A stretch of 64,000 nucleotides of DNA from Deltaproteobacteria bacterium CG_4_9_14_3_um_filter_63_12. GTDB taxonomy: Bacteria; Myxococcota_A; Bradymonadia; UBA4248; UM-FILTER-63-12. The position numbers and the translations under genes are program-made. Where the stretch lies: contig PFUG01000212.1 of the NCBI GenBank assembly GCA_002789955.1, positions 357-64,356 on the forward strand. Reading direction: 5' to 3'. Below the pieces are notes generated by a model that saw nothing but the letters and a program-made list of their open reading frames with translations, made no database searches and was not told the DNA's origin. Shown in pieces: positions 18,876 through 28,996 of the stretch (positions are counted from its first letter, which is position 1; the number at the start of each line of letters is the position of its first letter).

Positions 18876-20654
18876 ATGACGGCAGAACTGAACACACAAA
18901 GCTTGGTCGAGGGATCGGTCGTCGACGGACGGTTCCGAATCAAGAAAATGCTTGGCGAAGGCGGCTTTGGCGTCGTTTTCAAGGCTGAGCAGCTCTCGAC
19001 TGGGCAGAACGTCGCGATCAAAGTGCTTCACACTCAGCGAATGGGAAATCCGAGCGCGGCACGGATGATCGAGGAGCGCTTCGTCCGCGAGATGCAGGTG
19101 ATCGCACGACTCAAGCACCCCAACATCGTGCGGCTCATCGACACAGGGAAGTTGGTGGGCGGAGAGCTCTACGCCGCCATCGAGTTCGTCGAGGGAGAAC
19201 CCCTCTCGGACCTGCTGAAGCGAGAAGGGCAGATGCAGGCTCAGGATGCGATCCGCGTCATGGGCCAGGTCCTCGACGCGCTGTCCTGCGCCCACGACTC
19301 GGGCATCGTCCACCGAGATCTGAAGCCCGACAACATCATGATCACCACCACCGGCGCGCGCCGCAACGCGCTGGTGCTGGACTTCGGCATCGCGGGCCTC
19401 GCCACGAGCGACCAAGACGACCCCTCCAAGAAGCTGACGGCGACGGGGCAATTCATCGGGACGCCCTACTACATGGCGCCCGAACAGCTGACTGGACACA
19501 GCACCACGCCGCAGAGCGACATCTACGCTTGGGGCTTGGTCTTTCTCGAGGTCTTGACCGGGAGAACCGTCGTAAACGGGAACTCTATCGCTGCCATCAT
19601 CATGGAGCAGTGCTCGCCAAAGCCGATTCCCATCGTTCCTTCGATCGCCAAATCGCCGCTGGGGCGCATCTTGGCACGGGCCACCGACAAGTCGCTGGAG
19701 CGTCGCTATCCACATGCTGGCGACGCGTTGAACGATCTCGACGGGGCGATGACCCAGTCTTACGTCTACAACATCCCGATCCTCGCGAATGACGCCCTGG
19801 CATCAGGCGAGACCCAGGACCTCATCGATGGCGAGGTTGCCTTCACACAGAACACGGGTGAGAGCGCCGCGAACTGGCGAGCGGCTGCGCCTGGGGACAA
19901 ATCCACCGCGCCGCATGTCGTCGGGGGTACCGACCAGTTCGAACGCCAGGTCAAGAACAGCAGGCTGGGCTTAATCGTTGGCCTTTTGGTTCTGTTGATC
20001 GCCGGGGCGGTCGTTGTGTTGCTCGCCCAGATGGGAGATGAGACGGCGCCGACCGACGCGAAGAGCGACAGCGCCCCTACCGAGAATGCCGTCGCTGCAG
20101 GCGCTCCTGTGGTTGCGCCAGAGGCCATTGAACCCAAAGAGACCTCGTTGCCGGCCGACTCGACCGTTGGCGAGGAGGTCACGGAGCCCACAGGGCAAGA
20201 GACGCACCCGCAAAACATCGACGAGCCCCTGCTCGTTGGGCTGCGGATGCAGAACGCTGGCGACGCCGTGGCCGCGAAGCAGGCCTTCCAAGAGGTCCTC
20301 GCCATCGACGCCGAACACACGGAAGCCCGAGAGGGCCTGGGCTGGGCGCTGCTCGAGCTCGGAGCGTTCGACGCCGCCTTTGAGCTCTACCGCGAACTGC
20401 AAAGGGAGCCCGAACTCGAAGCTCGTGCCATGTTGGGAGCCGCGCGCGCCAAGCGGGGTGCAGAGGCCTTCCCCGAAGCGAGACTGCTGTACAAAGAGTA
20501 TTTGCGGCGCTTCCCCGACGATTCGAACGTGGTGCAGGCCCGTGCAGAGCTGAAGAGCATGCGGCCCGAACGCACGCCCCATGGTCAGGGAGGCTCCCCC
20601 AAGACGGAGCCCAAGATCAAGCCCAAGGGGCTCGAGGTCGATCCGGACCTGTGA
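18876..20654 (+). CDS. Ser/Thr protein kinase with TM helix and C-terminal TPRs
   Basis: GEGGFGVVF, VAIK, HRDLKPDN, DFG, GTPYYMAPE. TM LGLIVGLLVLLIAGAVVVLLA. TPR-like AKQAFQEVLAIDAEHTEAREGLG and YKEYLRRFPDD. Confidence 0.95.
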   Translation: MTAELNTQSLVEGSVVDGRFRIKKMLGEGGFGVVFKAEQLSTGQNVAIKVLHTQRMGNPSAARMIEERFVREMQVIARLKHPNIVRLIDTGKLVGGELYAAIEFVEGEPLSDLLKREGQMQAQDAIRVMGQVLDALSCAHDSGIVHRDLKPDNIMITTTGARRNALVLDFGIAGLATSDQDDPSKKLTATGQFIGTPYYMAPEQLTGHSTTPQSDIYAWGLVFLEVLTGRTVVNGNSIAAIIMEQCSPKPIPIVPSIAKSPLGRILARATDKSLERRYPHAGDALNDLDGAMTQSYVYNIPILANDALASGETQDLIDGEVAFTQNTGESAANWRAAAPGDKSTAPHVVGGTDQFERQVKNSRLGLIVGLLVLLIAGAVVVLLAQMGDETAPTDAKSDSAPTENAVAAGAPVVAPEAIEPKETSLPADSTVGEEVTEPTGQETHPQNIDEPLLVGLRMQNAGDAVAAKQAFQEVLAIDAEHTEAREGLGWALLELGAFDAAFELYRELQREPELEARAMLGAARAKRGAEAFPEARLLYKEYLRRFPDDSNVVQARAELKSMRPERTPHGQGGSPKTEPKIKPKGLEVDPDL

Positions 20655-20684
20655 GGCTGCGCGCGGACCCCACTGTCGTCGCTT

Positions 20685-20742
20685 GAAAGGCCGAGAAAGG
20701 CCGAGAAAGGCCGGAAAGCCGGAAAGCCGGAAAGCCGGAAAG
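20685..20742. repeat. Short tandem repeats (10-bp CCGAGAAAGG and 8-bp GCCGGAAA)
   Basis: gaaagg ccgagaaagg ccgagaaagg ccggaaag ccggaaag ccggaaag ccggaaag. Confidence 0.85.
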
Positions 20743-20809
20743 ACTCGAGAGGGCAACCTGCCTAGTCTGGCGGTTTCCGAATTGCGAACCCCCAAGTGAG
20801 AGCGCCACC

Positions 20810-21103
20810 ATGCGTCGTTTGCTGTTGTTGATGTCGAGTCTGTCCCTTCTGCTCGCCTGCACCGAGGTTGGACTCAACGACCGGTATTACGCGTGCCAGA
20901 GCGACGCCGACTGTGTGGGAGGCAGGCGCTGCCTATATCCGTCGAGCGGCGCGGCTACCGAAAACTTGGCCGATTCGCTGCGTGAGACCTCGCGTAAAGA
21001 GTCTGCAGGGCGCTTCTACGTGCCACCTGCTCCGAGGGCCACCAAGACCTTGACTCTTCAGCCCTTGCCTGCGGCCTGGAGCCCCTTGAGGTCGATGCGC
21101 TGA
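20810..21103 (+). pseudogene. Short or truncated Cys-motif lipoprotein
   Basis: Signal peptide MRRLLLLMSSLSLLLAC plus CQSDADCVGGRRC motif typical of myxobacterial lipoprotein N-termini, then no recognisable protein character. Could be a genuine small protein. Confidence 0.45.
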
Positions 21104-21333
21104 GCCCTCAAACCCATCGAAACGACTCATCTTAAGCTGGACCTCACCCAACGACGAACCCCAGCAAACGCTCACCAATCAGGGGGTTGACGGGCGAGCG
21201 CGACGGTTCGATAAGGGTGCGGCACCGGGGTGCCCCGCCGCCGCTTGGGCTGCAGGAAACCTCGTCGCTGAAATCCGTCCAATAGAGAGTATGCTTGGCC
21301 GACCAGTACGCTCGGCAACGACAAGGAGCAGCA

Positions 21334-22845
21334 ATGAGCGAGTCCACCCCCCGACTCGAGCCGACCACTCACGTCACCGCGTCCTTTGTGCATGAGGAGC
21401 GCTTGCTCTTCGAGCAGTCGAAGCCTGGCTGCCGTGGAATCGAGTTCCCACCACTCGGAGTGCCTGCGGTCGACGCCAGGTCTCTCCTCGGGAAGATGTT
21501 CCGAGCGCAGCTCGCCGAGCTTCCCGAGGTGAGCGAGCCCCAGGTGGTGCGCCACTTTGTGCGGCTGAGCCAGTGGAACTACTCGATCGAGATCGGCCCC
21601 TACCCGCTGGGGTCGTGCACGATGAAGTACAACCCGAAGGTGAACGAGGTCTTGGCGAATTTGCCGGGATTTGCGCGGCAGCATCCGTTCATGCCGGAGC
21701 AATGGACGCAGGGCTCGCTCAAGTTGATGAAGGAGCTCGAAAAGCAGCTCTGTGCCATCTCGGGGCTGGCGGCTTGTACGCTGCAGCCGGCGGCGGGCGC
21801 GCACGGCGAGTTCACCGGCCTGATGGTCATGCGCAAGTGGCAAGAGTCGCGCGGGCAGGGGCATCGCAACAAGGTGCTCGTGCCGGACTCGGCGCACGGG
21901 ACGAACCCGGCATCGGCAGCGTTGGCAGGGTGTGAGTCGATCGAGCTCAAGAGCAATGCGCAAGGGCTTCTCGACGCCGATGAGGTCCGGCGCGCAATGG
22001 GCGGAGACTGTGTCGGGTTGATGGTGACCAACCCCAACACGCTCGGTCTGTTCGAGGCGCAGATCGCCGAGGTCTGCGCCATCGTTCACGAGCGCGGCGG
22101 CTTGGTCTACATGGACGGCGCCAACATGAACGCCATCCAAGGCAAGGTCCTGCCCGGCGCCATGGGCATCGACGCGATGCACTTCAATCTGCACAAGACC
22201 TACTCTACGCCGCACGGCGGCGGCGGACCGGGCGCAGGTCCCATCTGCGTGCGCGCCGATCTGGCGCCCTTCTTGCCCGTCCCGCACATCGTCGAGCACG
22301 ACGACGGCACCTACTCGCTGGACTACGACCAGCCGCAGAGCGTCGGGAAGATGAAGGGGTTCTTCGGGAACTTCCTTATCCTGGTGCGGGCTTACGCCTA
22401 CCTGCGGGCCATCGGGGCGGAGGGCATTGCGCGCAACGCCGAGCTGGCCGTGCTCAACGCCAACTACATCATGGCCAAGCTGCGCGGCGTCTACTCGCCC
22501 GTCCACGACGTGCCGTGCATGCACGAGGCCGTCTTCTGCGACAAGTCGTTCAAGGACAACGTGAAGACCCTCGATGTGTGCAAGCGCCTGATGGACTATG
22601 GCTACCACCCGCCGACCATGTACTTCCCGCTCAACGTGAGTGGGTCGATCATGATCGAGCCCACCGAGAACGAGCCGAAGGAAGCCCTCGACGAGTTCAT
22701 CGAAGCCATGTTGGCGATCCACGCCGAGGCTAAATCCGAGCCCAAGACCTTGACCTCCAGCCCGCACCGGACGTTCCGCAAGCGCGTGGACGAGACGACC
22801 GCGAACCGCAAGCCGGTGCTGCGTTGGCGTCGAGAAGTTCTTTGA
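21334..22845 (+). CDS. gcvPB: Glycine dehydrogenase (decarboxylating) subunit 2
   Basis: YPLGSCTMKYNPKVNE, LQPAAGAHGE, PDSAHGTNPASA, PLP-lysine motif HFNLHKTYSTPHGGGGPG, IEPTENE. AAGGAG RBS. Confidence 0.96.
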   Translation: MSESTPRLEPTTHVTASFVHEERLLFEQSKPGCRGIEFPPLGVPAVDARSLLGKMFRAQLAELPEVSEPQVVRHFVRLSQWNYSIEIGPYPLGSCTMKYNPKVNEVLANLPGFARQHPFMPEQWTQGSLKLMKELEKQLCAISGLAACTLQPAAGAHGEFTGLMVMRKWQESRGQGHRNKVLVPDSAHGTNPASAALAGCESIELKSNAQGLLDADEVRRAMGGDCVGLMVTNPNTLGLFEAQIAEVCAIVHERGGLVYMDGANMNAIQGKVLPGAMGIDAMHFNLHKTYSTPHGGGGPGAGPICVRADLAPFLPVPHIVEHDDGTYSLDYDQPQSVGKMKGFFGNFLILVRAYAYLRAIGAEGIARNAELAVLNANYIMAKLRGVYSPVHDVPCMHEAVFCDKSFKDNVKTLDVCKRLMDYGYHPPTMYFPLNVSGSIMIEPTENEPKEALDEFIEAMLAIHAEAKSEPKTLTSSPHRTFRKRVDETTANRKPVLRWRREVL

Positions 22846-22890
22846 TTCCGCGCTAGGGGTCGTCTCGAGCTTTGGGTTCTGCTATATCAA

Positions 22891-22942
22891 GGTCTTCGGC
22901 GTCTGTGCTGTGCGAGTGGGACGCCGAAGGCCCTGTTGTTTG
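22891..22942 (+). terminator. Putative intrinsic terminator after gcvPB
   Basis: Stem ggtcttcggcgtc / gacgccgaaggcc followed by a U-rich stretch. Confidence 0.5.
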
Positions 22943-23046
22943 CTGGCCGACCGCCTTACGCTGTTGGCCGCGCCGCGGGTCGTGACCACCCCTTCGACAG
23001 TCCCGTGTGACGCCCATCGCCCAATTAGTGACCGAGGCCGACCGAG

Positions 23047-24699
23047 ATGACCGCAGCTGAGCGACGTCCCCCCCCTTTATTTCCGCAAGAAATCGAGCGA
23101 ATCTACATGATTGGTGTGTGCGGCACCGGAATGGGGTCGCTCGCCGGAATGCTGCGCGTGGCGGGATACGAGGTGATGGGCAGCGATCAGAACACCTATC
23201 CGCCCATGAGCGACCTGCTCGCCTCGCAAGGCATCGAGATTCTCAAGGGTTGGGACGCGCAGAACCTATTGCGATTGGAGACGCCGCCCGACCTCGTCGT
23301 GGTGGGCAACGTCTGTCGGGTCGACAACCCGGAGGTGCTGGCGGCCCTCGAGCTGGGCATCGTCTCGGTGAGCTTTCCCGAGACCCTGCGTGAGCTTTTC
23401 CTGCTCAAGTCCAAGAAGCGCGTGGTGATCAGCGGGACCCACGGCAAGACTACGACCAGCTCGTTGGTCGCGTGGTTCCTCGAGCACGCGGGCTACGACC
23501 CGTCGTTCATGATCGGCGGCGTGGCCGGCAACTTCGGCAGCAACTACAAGCTCGGCCAAGGCGATATTTTTGTGGTCGAAGGGGACGAGTACGACTCGGC
23601 CTACTTCGACAAGGTGCCGAAGTTCTGGCACTACGCGCCCAACACGCTGGCCATCACCAACATCGAGTACGATCACGCCGACATCTACAAGAACGTCGAA
23701 GAGATCATCGAGGTCTTCGAGCGACTGGTCGAGATGTTGCCCCCGACTGGCCGCATCTGGGCCAACCTCAAGGACGCCAACATCCGGCGCGTGGTCAAGA
23801 GCGCGGCCTGCTCCGTCCACGGCTTCGGCGTCGGCACGGGCGTCGAGCTCAAGGCGCAGAACCTGAAGTTCGTCGAGGGCGGTGGCGCGACCTTCGATGT
23901 GCAGCGCTCGGCGACTCGCCTCGGGACCCTCGAGAGCCCGCTGCCTGGCACGCACAACGTCTACAACGTGCTCACCGCGCTCGGCGTGGGCCTGAGCCTG
24001 GGCCTGCGCTTCGAGTCGATGGCCGAGGCGCTCGCGGCCTTCAAGGGCGTCAAGAAGCGCCAAGAACTCATCGACGTGGTCGACGGAATCACCATCTACG
24101 ACGACTTCGCCCACCACCCGACCGCGGTGCGCGAGACCGTCCGAGCCATTCGCGATCGCCACCCCACCTCGCGCCTGTGGGGCATCTTCGAAGCCAAGAG
24201 CAACACCAGCCGCAGAGCCGTCTTCCAAGCCGACTACCCTATCGCGCTCGCCGGCTGCGACCAAGTCATCCTCTCGGCGCCCTGGAAGCAGGACTCCCTG
24301 CCCAGCAGCGACCTCATCGATCTGGACAAGGTCGTCGCGGACTTACAGGCCGGTGGGACCGAAGCTTGGCTCATCCCTTCCGTCGACGACATCGTCGCCG
24401 CGTTGCTCGAGCAGCTCGAGGCGGGAGACGTGGTCCTGGGCTTGAGTGGGTCGGCGTTCGGCGGCTTGCACCGCAAGCTGGCGGCCGCGCTGCACCAACG
24501 CCCGAAAGAGCCCGTCGCCGCTGTGGCGAAGCCCGAGACCCCGGCAAAGCCGCACCGCCGGCCGGCCTCTGAGTTTGCGCCTCGTCCCCGGCGCACGAGC
24601 CGCCGCCGGCGCACGCCTCTGCAGCCCAAACCCAGGGGCCGACGGCCTCAGCGACCCCAGGCGAGCCGTCGTCGAGGACGCAAGCCCGTCGTCCGTTGA
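23047..24699 (+). CDS. mpl: Murein tripeptide ligase (UDP-MurNAc:L-Ala-gamma-D-Glu-mDAP ligase) with Arg/Pro-rich tail
   Basis: IGVCGTGMGSLA, GSDQNTYPPMS, GTHGKTTTSS, VVEGDEYDSAYFDK, EYDHADIY, YDDFAHHPTAV. Confidence 0.88.
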   Translation: MTAAERRPPPLFPQEIERIYMIGVCGTGMGSLAGMLRVAGYEVMGSDQNTYPPMSDLLASQGIEILKGWDAQNLLRLETPPDLVVVGNVCRVDNPEVLAALELGIVSVSFPETLRELFLLKSKKRVVISGTHGKTTTSSLVAWFLEHAGYDPSFMIGGVAGNFGSNYKLGQGDIFVVEGDEYDSAYFDKVPKFWHYAPNTLAITNIEYDHADIYKNVEEIIEVFERLVEMLPPTGRIWANLKDANIRRVVKSAACSVHGFGVGTGVELKAQNLKFVEGGGATFDVQRSATRLGTLESPLPGTHNVYNVLTALGVGLSLGLRFESMAEALAAFKGVKKRQELIDVVDGITIYDDFAHHPTAVRETVRAIRDRHPTSRLWGIFEAKSNTSRRAVFQADYPIALAGCDQVILSAPWKQDSLPSSDLIDLDKVVADLQAGGTEAWLIPSVDDIVAALLEQLEAGDVVLGLSGSAFGGLHRKLAAALHQRPKEPVAAVAKPETPAKPHRRPASEFAPRPRRTSRRRRTPLQPKPRGRRPQRPQASRRRGRKPVVR

Positions 24700-25505
24700 T
24701 GAGTCCTGCGGAGCTAGAGCAGCCCGAGACTGGGTGGAAAGGGCGGGCCCGGCGAGCGCTGGTCGAGGCGCTGCCGCGCCCGGCGAACACGCCGACGCTC
24801 GACCGCCAGACCCTCGTCGTGTTGCTCTCCTCCGTCGTGCTCCTGGCCCTGCTTTGGTATTATGGCCGGCTGCCCTTCTTCAGAGAGGTCATCGCGCCGA
24901 GGTTTTTGGCCGGCGCCGAGGAGCGAGTCAGCGAGCTGTGGGGCTACTACTTTCTTGCCGGCGTCTCGATCCTCACCCGGATGCTGCTGCCCTTGACGAT
25001 CATCGTGCTGGTCTTCCGCAAACGGCCCAGAGACTTTGGCTACCGCGTGGCAGGGACGAAGGGGTTGCTCTACATCTACCTCGGGCTGCTCGGCATCATG
25101 TTGCCCGTCCTCTTTTACGCCAGCAGCTTGCAGTCGTTTCAGGAGCGCTACCCACTCTACGACTGGGCGCACGAGTCTCTGCTGGTCTTCTTCGTCTACG
25201 AGCTGTCCTACATCCTGGTCTTTCTCTCGGGCGAGTCGTTCTGGCGAGGCTTCATGGTCTTCGGGTTGGCGCCGAAGTTCGGGCTCTACGCGGTGTTCAT
25301 CATGGCGATCCCTTACTCCATGGTGCACTTTGGCAAGCCGTTTCCAGAGGCCTTGGGCGCGATCCTCACCGGCGTGGTGTTGGGGTTCTTAGCGCTGAAG
25401 CACCGCAGCTTCTGGCTGGGAATCGCCCTGCACAGCACGATTGGTTTCACCATGGACGTGCTCTGTCTGTGGCGAAAGGGGCAGCTCTGGGACCTGTGGT
25501 TTTAG
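24699..25505 (+). CDS. CPBP (Abi/CAAX-like) intramembrane glutamic endopeptidase
   Basis: Multiple TM helices. GESFWRGF, YSMVHFGKP, GIALH motifs. TGATG overlap with mpl. Confidence 0.88.
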   Translation: MSPAELEQPETGWKGRARRALVEALPRPANTPTLDRQTLVVLLSSVVLLALLWYYGRLPFFREVIAPRFLAGAEERVSELWGYYFLAGVSILTRMLLPLTIIVLVFRKRPRDFGYRVAGTKGLLYIYLGLLGIMLPVLFYASSLQSFQERYPLYDWAHESLLVFFVYELSYILVFLSGESFWRGFMVFGLAPKFGLYAVFIMAIPYSMVHFGKPFPEALGAILTGVVLGFLALKHRSFWLGIALHSTIGFTMDVLCLWRKGQLWDLWF

Positions 25506-25706
25506 CGCCGATCGCCGAATTAGGGCGGCCGCCGGCCGCCCCTACGCGTCGTGGGTTCAGCGAACGCTCGGATTTCTCGCGTGCCCACGCGCGATCGCAG
25601 TTTGCGCTGGTGATGGGCCGCTGATATACCGATTACGGCTGGCTTTTGAGCCGCCGGTCATCACCAAAGGCTGCAAGATCCCGTACACAGTGTGAGCCCG
25701 AGCAGG

Positions 25707-27347
25707 ATGCAGCAATCAAGATATCGCGTGTTGGAGCGCATCGATTCCGGAGGGATGGCCGAGGTCTTTCGGGGCGTCGCCACCAGCATCAAGGGGTACG
25801 AGAAGGTCGTCGCGATCAAGCGCGTCCTGCCTCACCTCACGCGCAAGCACAAGTTCGTCCGCATGTTCCTGGACGAGGCGCGCCTCTCACTCGTGCTCAA
25901 CCACGCCAACATCGTGCAGGTCTTCGACCTGGGGTCGACCGACGGCACCTACTTCATCGTCATGGAGTACGTCGACGGTGTGAACATGCGCACCGTCATG
26001 CAGGAGCTCTTCAGCCGCGAAAAGAGTCTGCCCATCGGCCACGCCACCTACATCGCCATCGAGGTGTGCAAAGGGCTGGCCTACGCGCACACGCTGCAGG
26101 ACGTGTCTGGACGCACGCTCGGCATTGTGCACCGAGACGTCAGCCCGCCCAATATCCTCCTCTCGCTGCAGGGCGAGGTGAAGATCACCGACTTTGGTCT
26201 GGCCAAGGCGCGCAGCCAGTTGGAGCACACCGACCCCGGCATCATCAAGGGCAAGTTCGGCTACCTCTCGCCGGAGGCGGCCTACGGCGAGACGATCGAC
26301 TCACAGACGGACATCTTCGCCCTGGGGGTCGTGCTGTGGGAGATGCTCGCCGGGCGTCGACTGTTCGCGGGCGCGACCGAACCGAAGACTCTCGAGCTGG
26401 TGCGCAAGGCGGTCATTCCACGTCTGCGCTCCATCAACCCCGACGTGCCGGAGAACCTCGACAACATCGTCCAGAAGGCCCTCGCCCGCGACCGCGGCCG
26501 GCGCTATCACAAGGCCTCGGAGATGTCGGCGGAGCTGACGAATGTCCTCTTCGACAACAACTTCCGGGTGACCAATGCGGACATCGGTGAGTTCGCGAAG
26601 GCGAGCCTCGAGGCCGCCGGCGGAGGCTCAGGCGAGCTCGGTGTTGGCAGCGACTATCGACGCATCGACGACATGGTGCAGGAGGAGATCGAACGCATGA
26701 TCTCCCTGGACGAGTCCATGGTGATCCCCATCGTCGAAGGCGGCGGGCTGGAAGATCCGTCCAATTGGTTTTCCGACGACGCCCCCAATCAATGGGAGCG
26801 CATCAAGAGCGTCGAGGTCAGGGCGTTGAGTGTCGGCCCAGAGGCGGCCGACCCGATGACGATCAGCACGCTCATTCCCATCGACGTCGTCCAAGAGGCG
26901 ATCGAGGAGGCGAGAGCGCGCGGCGATCTGGACTGGATGACCGAGCAGGAAGGCGGAAGCGGTGAGCGACAAGACGCCGCCGCCATGCTCTCCGCGAATG
27001 CCGCTGCAGTGTACGAGGACGAGCTTCTGTCGGTCGATGTGGAGGCCTTTGATTTGGACCTCGAGCCCGCACCAGCGAAGGGCCCAGTGGACTTGCGTGC
27101 CTTTACTGCGATGGAGCCTCAGACCCTCGACGTCGAGGTGGTGACCAGCAGCGACGAGCCCATCGTCAGGGTTGCGCCCGAGAGCCCTGTGGCGAGTGAC
27201 GAGAGCTCTCTCGAGGCCTTGGAGAGCTACGCGGAAGAGGCCTTCGAGCGAGAGGAGGAGGAGGCCGAGGCCGACTTTTCGAAGCCGCTGCTGATCCTCG
27301 CCATACTGTTCACGCTCGCGGCGGTCGCCGCCGCGATGATGCTCTGA
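25707..27347 (+). CDS. Ser/Thr protein kinase (myxobacterial HRDVSP type) with acidic tail and C-terminal TM anchor
   Basis: GGMAEVF, VAIKRVLPHL, MFLDEAR, HRDVSPPN, DFG, GKFGYLSPE. Terminal hydrophobic helix LLILAILFTLAAVAAAMML. Alternative GTG start 25692. Confidence 0.95.
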   Translation: MQQSRYRVLERIDSGGMAEVFRGVATSIKGYEKVVAIKRVLPHLTRKHKFVRMFLDEARLSLVLNHANIVQVFDLGSTDGTYFIVMEYVDGVNMRTVMQELFSREKSLPIGHATYIAIEVCKGLAYAHTLQDVSGRTLGIVHRDVSPPNILLSLQGEVKITDFGLAKARSQLEHTDPGIIKGKFGYLSPEAAYGETIDSQTDIFALGVVLWEMLAGRRLFAGATEPKTLELVRKAVIPRLRSINPDVPENLDNIVQKALARDRGRRYHKASEMSAELTNVLFDNNFRVTNADIGEFAKASLEAAGGGSGELGVGSDYRRIDDMVQEEIERMISLDESMVIPIVEGGGLEDPSNWFSDDAPNQWERIKSVEVRALSVGPEAADPMTISTLIPIDVVQEAIEEARARGDLDWMTEQEGGSGERQDAAAMLSANAAAVYEDELLSVDVEAFDLDLEPAPAKGPVDLRAFTAMEPQTLDVEVVTSSDEPIVRVAPESPVASDESSLEALESYAEEAFEREEEEAEADFSKPLLILAILFTLAAVAAAMML

Positions 27348-27571
27348 GCCCCGATAGGAGCGATATTGGCTGACGCGAATTCCTCTGACAAGCCAGGTTG
27401 CGCTTGCGTTTGGTGACCACCCAGCAGAGCCTTGACGGCGAACGGCGGGCGAAGTAGTGGCTGTGCCAAATCACAAGACGTTGGGTAGAGCCGATGGATG
27501 ATGGGTTCGGCGCACCGCGAGTCGTGGGTAGACACCTGACCAGGACGAGAGCCCGATAGGAGAGCGCCGAC

Positions 27572-27626
27572 CGCGAGCGCAGGCACCTCACCTCACTCGC
27601 TCGAAGCGATGCCGCGGAGCGAGCGA
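27572..27626 (+). repeat. Dispersed repeat family B, degenerate copy
   Basis: cgcgagcgcaggcac...ctcgctcgaagcgatgccgcggagcgagcga matches both ends of the family B copies. Confidence 0.6.
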
Positions 27627-27668
27627 ACCTCAATCGACCATTCCTTTGTGCAATTAGAGGTTGTGGAG

Positions 27669-28892
27669 ATGGGAAACGTCCTAGTGATGATCCTGGCTGG
27701 TGGAGAGGGGAAACGCCTGTGGCCGTTGACCGCAGACCGTGCCAAGCCATCGGTGCCCTTCGGCGGACGGTATCGGCTGATCGACTTCGTTCTCTCGAAC
27801 TTCGTCAACTCCAAGTTCTTCAAGATCAAGGTGTTGACGCAGTACAAGTCGAACTCCCTGAACACCCACCTGAACCGAGGTTGGCGCCTGGCGCGCATCC
27901 TCGACCACTACATCGAGGCGGTGCCTGCGCAGCAGAACCTGGGTCCCAAGTGGTACGAAGGCTCGGCGGACGCCATCTATCAGAACCTCAACATCATCAC
28001 CGACGAGGAGCCAGACTACGTCTGTGTCTTCGGGGCCGACCACGTCTACAAGATGGACGTCTCGCAGATGTTGAAGTTCCACATCGAGACCCAGGCCGAC
28101 CTGACGGTCGCCGCCAAGCCGGTGTCCCTCGAGGAAGCGAAGGGCTTCGGCGTCATCGAGGTCGACAAGGACCTCCGCATGATCGCCTGGGAAGAGAAGC
28201 CTCCGGAGCCCAAACCCATGCCCTCGGACCCGACTCGAGCGCTGGCCTCCATGGGAAACTACGTCTTCAACACCGATGTCCTGGTTCGCGAGCTGCAACG
28301 AGATGCCGAGAAGGAGTCGAGCATCCACGACTTCGGGCGCAACATCATCACCGACATGTACAAGCGCTCGCGGGTCTACGCCTACGACTTCGAGACCAAC
28401 ATCATCCCTGGCCAGCCCGCCAACGAGAAAGGCTACTGGAAGGATGTCGGGACGCTGGACGCCTACTACGTCGCCAACCTCGATCTCGTCTCCGCCAGCC
28501 CGACCTTCGACCTCTACAACAAGCGCTGGCCAGTCCGAACGCACCGCGCCCAGATTCCTCCTGCGAAGTTCGTCCACTCCACCGGTGAGCGCATCGGCGT
28601 CGCGACCAACTCCTTGGTCTCGGATGGCTGCATCATTTCGGGAGGTCGTATCGAGCGCTCGATCCTCTTCCCCAACGTCCGCATCAACAGCTTCTCGCAG
28701 GTCGAGGAGTCCATCATCTTCGAGGGCGTGGACATCGGGCGGCACACGAGGATTCGTAACACCATCATCGACAAGGGCGTCCGCATCCCACCAGGCACAG
28801 AGATCGGTTACGACATCGAAGCCGACCGCGCGCGCTTCTTCGTCGACGAGGTCGGGCACGTGGTGGTCGCCAAGAACACGTTGATCGACTGA
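27669..28892 (+). CDS. glgC: Glucose-1-phosphate adenylyltransferase
   Basis: [68 protein letters not shown]-terminal beta-helix. Confidence 0.97.
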   Translation: MGNVLVMILAGGEGKRLWPLTADRAKPSVPFGGRYRLIDFVLSNFVNSKFFKIKVLTQYKSNSLNTHLNRGWRLARILDHYIEAVPAQQNLGPKWYEGSADAIYQNLNIITDEEPDYVCVFGADHVYKMDVSQMLKFHIETQADLTVAAKPVSLEEAKGFGVIEVDKDLRMIAWEEKPPEPKPMPSDPTRALASMGNYVFNTDVLVRELQRDAEKESSIHDFGRNIITDMYKRSRVYAYDFETNIIPGQPANEKGYWKDVGTLDAYYVANLDLVSASPTFDLYNKRWPVRTHRAQIPPAKFVHSTGERIGVATNSLVSDGCIISGGRIERSILFPNVRINSFSQVEESIIFEGVDIGRHTRIRNTIIDKGVRIPPGTEIGYDIEADRARFFVDEVGHVVVAKNTLID

Positions 28893-28996
28893 TTCGTCGC
28901 CGCTCGAGGTGCGAGGGTGGAGCGGTCACGCTCCACTCTCGACTGGCACCTGAACGGGCGAGCCTCGGCCGGCCAGATTTCACGACAGAGCACGTC

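Noticed and set aside
21104..21333. Glycine riboswitch upstream of gcvPB
   Set aside because: I could not find the paired GGAGA/CCGAAG/CUCUCAGG aptamer elements by eye.
24699..25505. Calling the CPBP protease a myxosortase
   Set aside because: The subfamily cannot be assigned without HMMs, and no MYXO-CTERM substrate is evident in the window.
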